The translations under genes and the position numbers were made by a program. Of a DNA stretch of 64,000 nt, positions 19,935 through 31,324 are shown piece by piece. How positions within the stretch are numbered: position 1 is the first letter of the stretch; each line of letters begins with the position of its first letter. This stretch comes from Plasmodiophora brassicae (taxonomy: Eukaryota), in NCBI GenBank assembly GCA_036867785.1, contig CP145412.1:1-64000 (forward strand), written 5' to 3'. The notes below the pieces were generated by a model that was given only the letters and a program-made list of their open reading frames with translations, made no database searches and was not told the DNA's origin.

Positions 19935-22900
19935 ATGTCGACCATCGCCGTGGACGACCCGCTGCATGCGAACCCGTCGTGCCCATGTTTCAACCAGCAC
20001 GGCATGAAGATTGGCCTGGTCCTCATGGACCCGACCTCGGATGACTTCGTCAAGACGCTGCTAACGGGAGCCCAGCGAGCCGCCGACGACAGGGACCTGG
20101 ACCTGGTGGTCTACTCGGCGGCATCGTTCGATATCGGAGCACAGCAGGCAGCGATCACTTCCATGGTCCAGCGAGGCGTGACGTCGTTGATCGTTCAGAT
20201 CCCCGTCTCGTTGTCTTCCATGGCGCCCGTTCCGATTCTCAAGGGTCTCGCCGGTCAAGGCATCCGTATCGGCAGCATTGTCGCCGGAGAGGCGTTCACG
20301 TCGTCACCCGATTTCCAACCCGCGTTTCATGTCGGAAACGACAACTACCAGGCCGGTGTGCTGGCGGCCACCAAGCTGCTGAACGCCTACCCGGCATTTG
20401 CCGCCAACACGGTCTGCTTCAACCCAATCAGCGGGTTGTCCAATTTCGACCTGCGGTGCTCCGGATGGATCACCACAATGAAGGCGGCCGGGAAGACTGC
20501 ATCCCAGATCGGCGCATATGGCAAGAGCGAGTCGCTGGCCCTGATCCAGCAGGCTGTCGATTCCGGCACGGTATGTCCATATGCGAGTCAACGCGCCGGG
20601 TCGATGTGCGCTCACTGTTGGTGGTATCAGGTGAAAGCCATGTTCATGGCGGGCGCGTTCAAGGGCCCTGCAATCGACGCAGTTAGGGGGACACCAGGGG
20701 CCATCGGTCGCTTCCTCGTCATCGGTCAGTCCTGTTAGTGTTTGTGCTGGCCAATGGATCCCTTGACCAGGTTCCGGCTGCAGCGTTCGAACTGGACTCG
20801 GTTACCGGCGCCGAACTTCAGGTCTCGGATGTCGTTCCGTTCATCGTCGACACGCAGCCGTACTTGCAAGGGTATACGGCCGTGACGCTGAGCGCCGCCT
20901 ACAACCTGACCGAAACGGATGCCATGGCGACGCGCTTCTTCCGGACGGGGCCCGTCATCGTGGACCAGACGACACCCAACTTGGCGAGGCGCGTCCAGTT
21001 GCAGTCTGCTGGGTACCCCGTCTGCCCGTCCGTTGACCACCCGACGATCTGCTTCAATCGGACCGCCGCCGTTGTCAACAACGTCATGAACGCGCAGACG
21101 TACAACGGCTTCTGGTCCATCGTTCGTTCGGGGCTTTACGAGGCGGCGGTCGACACAGGCGTTCAGGTCCATGAATGGCTGGACAACAGCGCCACCGATA
21201 CCAAGATGGCCGCATACCTGTCGACGCTGGCGCAGCAGGAGGTACAACGACGTGACGCTTCTGCGCAGCCGAACGCGACGTCGCCCATGATCGGGGTGGT
21301 CGTTGCCGCTGCTGGATCGTGGACGCATGCGGCAGCAGCAATCGACGCGCTGCATGCCGCCGTTCAGGTGCCGGTCATGGGCATCAACAAGGTCCTTGTC
21401 GGATCGCAGACTCAGCACTCGTACGATTCCTACATGTTGATGTCGAACCAGGAAGCAGGTCGCCAGGCGGCGCAGTTCGCCTGGAAACACGGATACACGA
21501 AGATGACGTCAGAGGCACATGTTCAGCTATTGTCAGGCACGGCTGCTGACAGTGCATTGCCTGACAGGTGCTTTCATGAGACGAGCGTTGTCGACTGGAC
21601 GTCCAGCGACGCCCGATGCTATGTGGCCGAATCGACGTTCAGGGCGCTGGGAGGGCAGGCCAGCTATATCCGCGTCGACCCGCAGAACGCGAATACGATC
21701 GCGCAGGCAGTGGCGCAGGCGATACAGAACGGCACCCAGATCGTGTTCTCCGAGACAAGCGCCGCGTTGAGCCCGACGATCGACGCTCTGAAGGCATCCG
21801 GTGTCTACGGCATTGGAGCGGGCAAGGTCTGGCAGCCGGTCGAAGTATCACGGGTGCTTAGTGCTGACGGCGCGTTCGAACAGGTGACGGCCGCCTCGAT
21901 TGGCGACACCAATGCGTACATGCTAGCCGAGCTGGACGCAGGCCGGTACCTATTCGGGGTTCACCAGAGCGCTTTCCTGCAAGGGTACCCTGGACGTTGC
22001 CATTGAGCTACTCACATGTGCTGATATTAACGCGTGCTTCACGTGCATGTAGGTACCTGCCGACCTGTTTGTTCTTCGCTCGCGCGGTCACTGGGGGATA
22101 CACGGACGGCAATCGCCTGCTGCCCGACCCATCCGCGACGTTCGACGGCACTTCCGTCACCTACCCGATCATCAATGCGGGCCCCGTCATCATTACCTCG
22201 GCCAGCTCGCGCTACGTTAATTGCAGTAGCGCCCTGAATGGACCAAGTACGTAGCGGCGCGGGGGATTCCCAACGCTGATGCTGACGACGATGACGACCT
22301 GTTTCAGCGATGCTGAATCCGGGCCCGAACGACATCAGAGATTTCGGTTTCCAATACGTTGCCTGGCCGCGATGCGACCTGAAACCCGTGCAGAGCGGGC
22401 AGGTGCTGCAAGTCAACACATTTTCGTTCAGCAGCGGGCATGTCGGGTCGTCCATTGCCGTCTCTGCCGTTGGCGGCATTCTGGCCGCTGGCATTCTCGC
22501 TGCAGTTGGGGTGTACCGCAAGCGTGCCGCGATGAAGTCGGGAAGCGTACGGTTCACTGCCGTGTTGGTCGCCTGCACGCTCGCCATCCTGTCCCTGGCC
22601 TTCCTATTCGCCATGCCGGCATCGCGTCAGCTGTGCTCCTGGCGCCTGGCCTTGTTCTCGATCCTGGTCACGGTCGTTCTCAGCGTTTTGTTCGCCAAGA
22701 TGCTACGCGTGTACCGCGTGTTCGCGAATGCCATGGCGAACGGCAAGAAAGCCAGTACATCGGACGTTCGTGTGCTTCGGGACGTCCTGGTCGGCACATC
22801 CATCACGGTCATCATCGTGATTCTGACGCTCGCCATCAACCCGCCGGACGCAGTCAACGTTGAGATTGCTCGCGGCAGCGACAGCGTGACCGTCGCAGCC

Positions 22901-23541
22901 ATGTGCCAGTACAACAGCACGTGGAAATGGATTCTGTACGGGTACCTGGCCCTGGTCGTCCTTCTGGGGTGCTACATCAGCTACAAATCCTGGGACATCC
23001 CTTCCAGCTTTAACGAGGTCAGCGAGTGTCAGTTGCATGCAGCACCCACCCGGAATTTAATATGCCGATGTAGGCCCGCTTCCTGACCGCTGCGTTCTAC
23101 GTCATCTTCTTCACTGGCATCGTCATCATCCCACTGACGGAACTTCTGGCTGAACAACCCCAGGCTCTCCTTCTGGTCAACATTGCCGGAATGTATATCG
23201 GGGCATCGGGGCTAGAAATGCCGCGTTTAATGTCAGATCAGGTTGTAAATCCGTTTGTCCTCAGGTTCATGGCGACAATCGCAGTTCTCCTCTGCAGTAC
23301 AGGACCGAAGCTGATAGCCGCGTATAAGAATCTGGCCGTAACCACGACGCAGATCTCGTCTGGTAGCAGCAAGCCACGCGGCCAAACTTTCCAGACGACA
23401 CTCGACAGTCGGGATCAGATCATCAAGCAGCTACAAGCGCAGATCAATGAACTTCAGCGCGAGAACGCCGCCCTCAGAACGGGCAAGACGCGAGAGACCA
23501 CGCAAGCCACTGCCGGATCCGCTGGAGCAATCGTGCTTTGA
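19935..23541 (+). CDS. Class C (GABA-B-like, 7tm_3) GPCR with tandem periplasmic sugar-binding-like ectodomains, multi-exon
   Basis: RbsB-like PBP motifs (DDFVKTLLTGAQRAADD, HVGNDNYQAGVLAA, VDTQPYLQGY) and a second copy (FWSIVRSGLYEAA, SNQEAGRQAA, VHQSAFLQGY). 7TM motifs LCSWR...LFAKMLRVYRVF, DIPSSFNEARF, GPKL, then a coiled-coil tail. GT-AG introns at about 20571-20630, 20725-20783, 21826-21883, 21985-22052, 22246-22307, 23018-23073, 23193-23265. Start uncertain. Confidence 0.88.
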
Positions 23542-23986
23542 TCTGCCGCTTGCTTTGTACCTGCCTCTTCTCCAATCGTTCATGTTCGACGCTGTCCCGT
23601 CTGCCGATCGTTGCCGCAACCTTTCGTTTCTGCCCACTCTCGCGCAACACTGAGTACTGGCAGTTACCACATGCCCATTTTCGAATAAAGCCTGGAAACC
23701 CTTGGGCAACAGACTGCAGATGGGTGTACACGTCTTACGTACACAAGCGGCCAGGGCGGTGAGGCTTATGCATCGGGCAAAGCCGAACCGCAGGGCGCCC
23801 TGAAAAGAGGGCACACCGCAAGATGACCTCTGTCGCTGCCTGCCCCGGCCTCCTTCGGCTATCTACTCCTACAAGATTTCATCGGTCGCATTCATGCACG
23901 TGGCACCCCGCATATTGTGTATTGAAAAGGAAACTAGGCAAAACCGGTATGGGGCACACGACTGCATCGTGCCGGGCGCGGGTGCC

Positions 23987-25780
23987 TCACAGGCTGCTCT
24001 CCGCCACGCTGTTCTGCAGCTTCAGGAGCATCCAGGGGCCATCGCCGTAATGCCACGTCTCCGTTGCCCAGACCGGGCGGCCGTCGTGCGTGTACATGAC
24101 CAGGTTGCCGTCGCCCTGCATGACCAGGACGGCCGGCAGCTGCGCATTGGCCGGGCCGTTCCAGGACCAGACGGTCTGGCCGGCGCCCGTCACGACAGCC
24201 ATGTTCGAGTTCGTGATCACGAAACGGCAGTCGGTGCCCCGGTTGGCCGTGTTCGTCGACCAGAACGCGTAGTCGCGCCCGCCGAGCTTGCCGAACTCGA
24301 CCAGGTTGCAGTCGGGCTGCATGACCAACCTGTATCGTACGACCAGATCACGTCAGCAACGCCGTTAGACGAACGGGGGCGACCGCGCGGCTCACTTGTA
24401 ATGCTGCGTGCCATGGTTGGGCAGGTTGATGATGTACTGTCCGGGCAGAAGCATCTGGCCCGTCTGGATCCGGTCGATGCCAGGGGCAACGGTCGCGTAC
24501 GCGGGAGCCGGGGCCGCCGTCGGTGCCGCCGTCGCTGCTGGCGCCTTGGTCGACGCGTCGTTGCAGACGCCGACCGCCGCGCACGACTGCCCTTCGTGGC
24601 ACTGCTCGTCGTACAGGCAGCGGTTGCACCCGGTCTTGGTCGGCACGCACGTGTTCGCCGTCGTCGTGCCGGCGAAGTTGGCGATGACGTAGGCGCGGGC
24701 CGCTTCGAGCGCGTCCAGGTTGTTGTGCAGCGCCTCGATCTGGGCGTTGTACGCGTTCTGGCGCGCGTTGATCCCGTCCTTGATCTTGGCGATGTACTGG
24801 TTCTGGTTGGCCAGGTCGGCGTTGGTCGACTCGAGCTTCGCCTGTAGCTGGGCGAGCTGCGCCTGCAGGTTGCGCAGGTCGACGTTGTCCTGGTCCAGCC
24901 TCTTCTGCAGAGCGGCCACGTTCGTCCCGAACTGTGCGAGGACGACACCGATCGCCTGGTCCAGCTCGGCGCAGTGTGCCTTCTCCTGTGCCATCTGCGC
25001 CTGGTGCTGCTGCATGCTGGCGGTCAGGCCATTGATCAGGGCCTGGAGCAGGTTCAGCAACTCAGTCTTGGTGGCGTTCTCCTTCGTCGGGTCCTCCGAG
25101 TCGTCCATTTCGTCGACGGCGTCGAGGATCTCGGCGACCTCGCCCGCCGCGTCCTCGTGCAACATCATGCCGCTCTCCCGGATGGCGATGAGCTCCAGCA
25201 GCGCCTCCTTGAACGTGATCTTGTCGAGCATCGCGATCAACGTCTGGATGGCCTTGATCGACGCCTGGTTGCCGCTGATCGAGTCGGCCAGCTGCTGCAG
25301 GTCGGTGGCGCACCGGGCGTCCGTCTGCTTCCGTTCGTTGTTCTTGGTGTCGATGTCCGCCTGCAGCACCTGGAGCTGGTGCTTGTCGTCGGCAAGCGCC
25401 GTCTGGGTCTTCTGCAGGCCGGCCTTGGCGGTGGCGATGTCGTTCGTCACCGCAACCTGCTGCTTCTGCAGGTCGGCGATGGAAGCCGTCGCCTTCGCGA
25501 TGAGGGCCTGCTGCTGCGCGAGGAAGTCCTTCAGGGCGGCCCTGGCGTCGATCTCATCCTGGCGCAGGTCCGTCTCGAGCTGGTCCAGCTCGGCAATGAT
25601 CTGGTTCTTGTCGCCGTCGGTGCTCGCGAGGTACTCGGCCGCTTCGCTGGACAGGTACGACGACCCGTACGTCTCGTCGAACGCGTCCAGGTCCTCCTCG
25701 TCGAAGCCGGACGCAATGGCAGTGCTAAGAAGCAGCAAGGCCAGGGCTGGCTGCAGCAGGCCGCAAGTCCACCGTCCCAT
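23987..25780 (-). CDS. Secreted coiled-coil protein with a Cys-rich module and a C-terminal bulb-type (B) lectin domain
   Basis: Signal peptide MGRWTCGLLQPALALLLLSTAIASG; long heptad region; CVPTKTGCNRCLYDEQCHEGQSC..VC; intron 24330-24395; LVMQPDCNLV and LVMQGDGNLVMY...VWAT (QxDxNxVxY). Confidence 0.85.
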
Positions 25781-26294
25781 TCTACCTAAGGCGCTCGCTC
25801 TGGACACCTCTGCCGGGCGAAGCGATTTCCGAAATGGCGGTTCGCACGCGAACCCGGGCCATTTGAAGCGGCCGCCTTCCTGTGACCTGTCACTCGCCGT
25901 GTCGTACGGGTCCGCCCGAGGCGTCGCGTCTGCGCTGATGCTCCTGTGGGCAGAAGACGGTCACAGTGCTGCATGAGCCATCACAGTGTAGTAGCTGCAT
26001 TTGGGGCGGCCGCCGGTCACACAGGCAGCAGCATCTCAGCTACTATCCGCCTCGGAGGTGCCGGGCAATCCACGCGCGTAGGGCTGGCGGGCAGTGCCCT
26101 GTTGCTCGTAGGGGTCTCCAACAACGTCTGCGTGATATCTGGACCGGCATCGTCGTCGGTGGCGTACAGACGAGCAGGCGCCGCCCGCCGCCGCACGGAC
26201 CTCGGCTCTGCGGCATTCGACGACGCCACTGCGATTGCGCTCGGCTGCACACGTTCGCGGCGCGTGACCAGCAGCTGCCCCCGTCTCCATCGCC

Positions 26295-28256
26295 ATGCTC
26301 AGCGTCGGTTGCCGGGTACGGCACACGAACGATGCCGATGCCAAGGGCACTGTCCGCTATGTCGGCCATGTTGGTCGTTCCCGGTCGCCGCCGTTCGGGC
26401 AGACGTACTCACCTGGCGTCTTCGTAGGTGGAGGGGCGCCAGGGACAATGGATTGGTGTGGAGTGGGACGATCGCGCTCGAGGGCGCCACGATGGCTGCG
26501 TTGATGGTCGTCGGTATTTCACCTGCGGGCGGTCGGCGGCCACCTTCGTGCGTCCTTCTCGGCTGTCGCCCGGGATAACGTTTGTCGACGCTCTGCGAAG
26601 GAAATATGCGTCCGGTCTGTGCTCAAGAGTCTGCTGTCTGTGTGCCCCCAGCAAGCGTCTGACACCGGGGCACGCGTCTGATCAGGCCCTGCGGCCAAGG
26701 GCGCCCCTGCGCCTGAACCTGGTTCGGGCCTTGAAGTTGAATTCGTCGGTCTGCATCGCATCGTTGCCGTCTGGAGTGTCTCATGGAGGTTCTCACGAGC
26801 TGTACGTCGTGCCAGGGGAGGCAGACGTGCTTGCGAAACAATCGCAGTTGCACCAACTGGCGTGTGTTTCGGTGCGCGCGTCGAACGTCGCCCGCGTTGA
26901 CGATGACATTGGGCAGCAGTGTCCCTGTACGTCGCTGGATTCCCACATATCGTCGTACTCGAATAACGCGCTGGTTTCGTGGTTAAGCACTGATCGAGGT
27001 CGACTTGGAGGATACGCTGCTGGACGACTGGGAGCATATCGCGCGCGTGACTCGTCAAGTGCCCGGCATTCGCGAGCTGCGCCTTAGCAAGAATGCTCTA
27101 CCGTCAACGATACCGCCCATGGGTGATGCATTCGCCCGGCTCGAGGTGCTCATGCTGAACGCCGTCGACAGCGCCTGGACGCTGGTGGGCACCACGCTCC
27201 CGATATGTCGCACACTGGAGCTGACAGAATCTGAAACAGATTCTGTCACTGACGGGAGCGAACTGCTTGCCCAATTTACGAGAGCTGTTCCTCTGCGATA
27301 ACGCCATTGACGACGCCGCGCTTGCCTCTGGCGGGCCGCTCCACCACCTACCTCGTTTGCGCAAACTGGACCTGTCCAGCAACCTCATCTCCGACTGGAA
27401 CCAGTTGCACTGCCTCACCGACCTGCCAAGGTGACCACGCACCTACGTCGTATCTAAGGCCATGCTCCAATTTCATTCCTTGCTTGCTTCTGTGCAGTCT
27501 CACCGATCTCTGTCTGGATCGGAATCGTTTGGCGCAAATACCCGTCGACAGCCGTGTCACGTTCCCGAATTTGGATACCCTGTCCATCTTCCGCAACGGA
27601 TTCGCGTCCATCGAATCGTTCGCCGGCTTGCTGACCGCAACTCCAGCGCTCGTGTCCCTAAGGACGAACGGAAACCCGTTCGAAGACGTCGTTGGTATTC
27701 GGGTGGCCCGCTCTCAGTGTCGGTCTCTGTCTCGGTCCCAAGGAATACCGGCGCTGACCTATGGGCGTGGACAGTTATTGGCCTATTACCGCGGCTGACC
27801 ACACTGAATCGGAGCGAGATCGGGTACCGGGAACGTCAGGACGCGGAGATCGCATTCGTGCAACAGGCTGTCCTTCCCGGCAGTACGCGTCATTCGGCGC
27901 TGTCGGCCAAGTACGATATCGCCCCGAAACCAAAGCCGATGCCAGCTGCCACAAAGACGCTGCAGCTGACGTTCCGATGTGTGCCGCCAACATCAACTAC
28001 GGCAAGCAACGCAGCCACGAAGAACATCCTGCCGAGCATGACCGTCCACCTGATTGCCCAGCTGTGCCGTCGCCTATTCGGTCTGAAACCGTCCGACCCG
28101 ATCGACCTGTATTACCAATCCGCGGCGTCGTCATCGTCATCCTCCGGCCCCGATCGCGTTCTCCTGGACGACCCGCGCCAGGCCATCGCCACGTATGGCA
28201 TCTGTGGACCTGGCGACATCACCGCTCACCTTCACCCTGGCCACTGTCCTAAATAA
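26295..28256 (+). CDS. TBCE: Tubulin-specific chaperone E (CAP-Gly, LRR, ubiquitin-like), multi-exon
   Basis: GTVRYVG / WIGVEWDD.ARGRHDG...YFTC CAP-Gly; several LRRs (LRLSKN, LDLSSN, LCLDRN, LRTNGNP); LTTLNRSEI...ERQDAEI; C-terminal Ubl. Confidence 0.9.
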
Positions 28257-28414
28257 CTATACTTGCGTTTCGCTCGTTCCGGACCCTCTCTTTCCGTTCA
28301 GCACCTGCGACGATATGGCGCGTCTGCTTCTGGATACCCTTTGGACATCGGACAGTGCCCCCCGACGAACAGGAGGATCCGGCGCACGTCGTCTCCGTCG
28401 CGTATGCACATAAT

Positions 28415-31324
28415 TTATCGTGACTTGGACGACCGGGAGCGCTTCGTCGCCACCTTGTTGAGGCAGGACTCCGCATCGACCAGGAGCGGGTACCTGGCCC
28501 TGGTGCCGGACGGCGCTCCGGAACGATCACCCAGCCGCTCCAGAAGTTCAGCGGTGACCAGGACGGGCACGAACGGCGCCGCTTCTGATGCGCCATTGCC
28601 ATTGTCGTCGTCATCACCCGCTCTGCGCCCGCAAGCGGCACCCCGTTCCTCTTCCAGACGCCTGCGCTCCTCCTCGGCGTCCATCTCGGCGACCATCGTG
28701 AACAGCGACGTGCCGACAAAGCCCACCTCGCCGTCCACGTCGTCGTCGTCGTCCCTCGGGCGCGCGCCCAGCAGACTGGCGTGGTCGTCGCGATCGACGA
28801 CGACAACGGTGCAGCCCAGAGTGACGCCCAGCGCGTCCAGCGCCCGCCCGTCGTCGTCAAAGACCGCGCCCGTCGCGCCCGACATGACGACCTGGCGATC
28901 GGCGGGCACGCCGAACTCCTGCTCGACGGCGCGCTTCAGCGAGACCAGCGACCAGGTCGTCGACACGGCCACCCATCGGGACGACTTCCGCCTCGGGCCA
29001 CGCCACTGCACCTGGATCAGCCCTGGTGCACACACACACATTGAGAACCGGGGACTCGCCGTCAACGCGTCAGACGCCAAACCTGTCGTGTCGTGCTGCT
29101 CGTCGTCGACAGCGGTGGACGCCGACAACGGGACGGCATCGTACCGGCACGACGCGTCGTGGCACAGGTCCGGGTCGAACGTGCAGGCCACGGCCGCCCA
29201 CTGCCGGGCGAGCCGCTCGCGCCCTTCCTCCCTGTTCGTCAGCGTCACGAACGCGGGCCGGGCCGAGCACCCGAACTGCTCGACGATGACGCCCCAGTCG
29301 TCGTCCGTCACGCCGACGACGCCGGCGTCCACCGGGTGAACGTCGGCGGCGCCGGGCGTGCGCACCCGGGGGCCCAGCAGGCCGTGCACACAGAACAGGG
29401 ACGCGTCGACAGGGCCCGGGTGCGGGGCGCCCGTCACCGGCGCGTCCCCGCGTATCCAGGCCCGCATCGTCGTCAGCCAGGCGTACGGGACCAGGTACAG
29501 GCGCGCGATCGTCGGCGGCTGCTGCGACGGGAACGCCCGCGATCGCTTGGCGATGCCGCGCAGCCGGGCGACAACGTCGTCGTCCAGCCGGGCCCGCTTC
29601 TTGTTCTGCTTGCCCGGGCCGATCGTCGGCGGGTCGGCCGCCGCCGCCGCCGCCGACACCTCGGCGGCGCACTCCAGGCAGACCTGGGCGACGCCGACGC
29701 CGGCGTCGTGCTCGTACCGTTCGGCCAGGAAGGCCCAGGCGGGCCGGGGCACGCGCAGCATGTCGCGAAGGCGTCGCGGGTCCAGGCGCCCGTGCGCGTC
29801 GCACAGCAACGACGCGTTGCGAATCGGGCGGCCGTCCTCCTGGCCGCGGACCCAGTCGTAGAGCCAGGACGCGTCCACCATCATGTCGTCGTCGCTGCCG
29901 TCGAACGACGCTTCAGGCGTTGTCGTCGTCGTCGCCGCCGCCGCCTTCTTCCCCGACTTCGACTTGGGCTTCGACGCGCGCTTAACGCACCGGCACAGGT
30001 CGAAGAAGGCGGCGATCTGGGCGCGCCGCTCGGTGATGAAGCGGACGCGTTGCGCGCGCCGCTCGGCGTCGACCTGCTTGGCCAGCAGGGCGGCGCGGTC
30101 GCCCTGGACGATCTCGTCGACGAGGCCGGGCGACGGCGTCGGGTGGCGCACGAGCGGGCGCCCCCGGCGGCTGTAGACGAGCATGTAGGCCGTGTCGGAC
30201 GAGATGCGGGTCGTCGCCGCCGACCGCACCAGCTGGCCCGGGCCGATCTCGGCGTCGTTCAGGTTGTACCAGCGGCCCGTGTGCTCGTCCCTGACCTCGG
30301 CGACGTAGTGCCCCGAGTGGGCCGACTCGCCGGCGTGCAGGATGACGGCCGTCAGGTCGTACAGGCGCACGTCGTCGTCGTCGTCGCGTTCGAACGCGAG
30401 TGCCAGGGGGATGTCGACGGCGACGTGCAGCTTGACCTTGGCGTGCGCCTTGCGGTTGTAGACGAAGCGCAGGAGCTGGATGTGGAGGATCGGCGGCAGG
30501 TCGTGCAATTGCAGGCGCCGCTCGGCGTTGCACTTGGCGTTGCAGACGGCGCAGCTGTACCGGTTGCCGCCGGACAGGCGCTCGGTGCCCAGGTACGCCG
30601 CCAGGCACGCGTCGATGGCGAACCGGGTCGGGCTGATCGGCAGGCAGATCTCGGTGAACGTCTCGCGGCGCCCCGTCTGCGTCGTGTGGCAGCGCAGGCA
30701 GCGCGTCGAGTGGGACGCGACGCCCTGGAACTGGGCGCCCACGTCGTTCATCGTCAGGCGCACGAACGTCAGCAGCAGGTGGGTGAACTCCTGCACGTCC
30801 TGTTGCCGGTCGACGCGCAGGCCAAGCGCCACGATCAGCGGGGTCGGGTCGACGCGGCCGCCCGTCGGCGTGCACTGCAGCCGGGCGAACAGGCGCTGCA
30901 TGCCGCAGAGGACGCGGTCGTCGCCCCGATAGTCGTAGAGCGTCTGGCGGAACGTCGTGTTGAAGTACAGGCACTGCATGAAGACGTTGAAGAAGCAGGT
31001 GGCGCCGAGGTTGACCAGGCCGCGCACCGGTCCCGCGAGCTGGTCGGCGGCACCGGCGCTGGTGGTGGTGGTGTCCAGGTCCGGTGCCGGCGCCTGGACG
31101 GCGATGGCGCGCCAGAACGGCGACGATTTCATGCCGTGCTTGACGCGCTCGACGCAGTTCGGGTGGTCGGTGCAGACGCGCCCCTTCCAGTTCGGGTTGC
31201 AGCGCGGCCGGTCCAGGTTGAACACGCGGCGCGCGTCGACGACCGCGAGCGGCGACGGGCGCTTGTCGCCGACGACGCTGCCCGGCGGCGCCGCCGCGTC
31301 ATCGCCGCCGTCGGTGTCGCGCAT
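28415..31324 (-). CDS. Ubiquitin-specific protease, USP48/UBP26-like
   Basis: Cys box GLVNLGATCFFN, QQDVQEF, LHIQLLRF, His box ILHAGESAHSGHYVA, WYNLND, AYMLVY; DUSP-like repeats (LLCDAHG, LFCVHG); C-terminal Ubl. A small intron near 29020-29060 is possible. Confidence 0.9.
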   Translation of the reverse strand: MRDTDGGDDAAAPPGSVVGDKRPSPLAVVDARRVFNLDRPRCNPNWKGRVCTDHPNCVERVKHGMKSSPFWRAIAVQAPAPDLDTTTTSAGAADQLAGPVRGLVNLGATCFFNVFMQCLYFNTTFRQTLYDYRGDDRVLCGMQRLFARLQCTPTGGRVDPTPLIVALGLRVDRQQDVQEFTHLLLTFVRLTMNDVGAQFQGVASHSTRCLRCHTTQTGRRETFTEICLPISPTRFAIDACLAAYLGTERLSGGNRYSCAVCNAKCNAERRLQLHDLPPILHIQLLRFVYNRKAHAKVKLHVAVDIPLALAFERDDDDDVRLYDLTAVILHAGESAHSGHYVAEVRDEHTGRWYNLNDAEIGPGQLVRSAATTRISSDTAYMLVYSRRGRPLVRHPTPSPGLVDEIVQGDRAALLAKQVDAERRAQRVRFITERRAQIAAFFDLCRCVKRASKPKSKSGKKAAAATTTTTPEASFDGSDDDMMVDASWLYDWVRGQEDGRPIRNASLLCDAHGRLDPRRLRDMLRVPRPAWAFLAERYEHDAGVGVAQVCLECAAEVSAAAAAADPPTIGPGKQNKKRARLDDDVVARLRGIAKRSRAFPSQQPPTIARLYLVPYAWLTTMRAWIRGDAPVTGAPHPGPVDASLFCVHGLLGPRVRTPGAADVHPVDAGVVGVTDDDWGVIVEQFGCSARPAFVTLTNREEGRERLARQWAAVACTFDPDLCHDASCRYDAVPLSASTAVDDEQHDTTGLASDALTASPRFSMCVCAPGLIQVQWRGPRRKSSRWVAVSTTWSLVSLKRAVEQEFGVPADRQVVMSGATGAVFDDDGRALDALGVTLGCTVVVVDRDDHASLLGARPRDDDDDVDGEVGFVGTSLFTMVAEMDAEEERRRLEEERGAACGRRAGDDDDNGNGASEAAPFVPVLVTAELLERLGDRSGAPSGTRARYPLLVDAESCLNKVATKRSRSSKSR

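Noticed and set aside
19935-22250. Bacterial contamination or ABC-transporter operon
   Set aside because: PBP domains are split by GT-AG introns and spliced in frame to a eukaryotic 7TM domain.
24720-25976. 418-aa plus-strand ORF
   Set aside because: Antisense shadow of the secreted coiled-coil gene.
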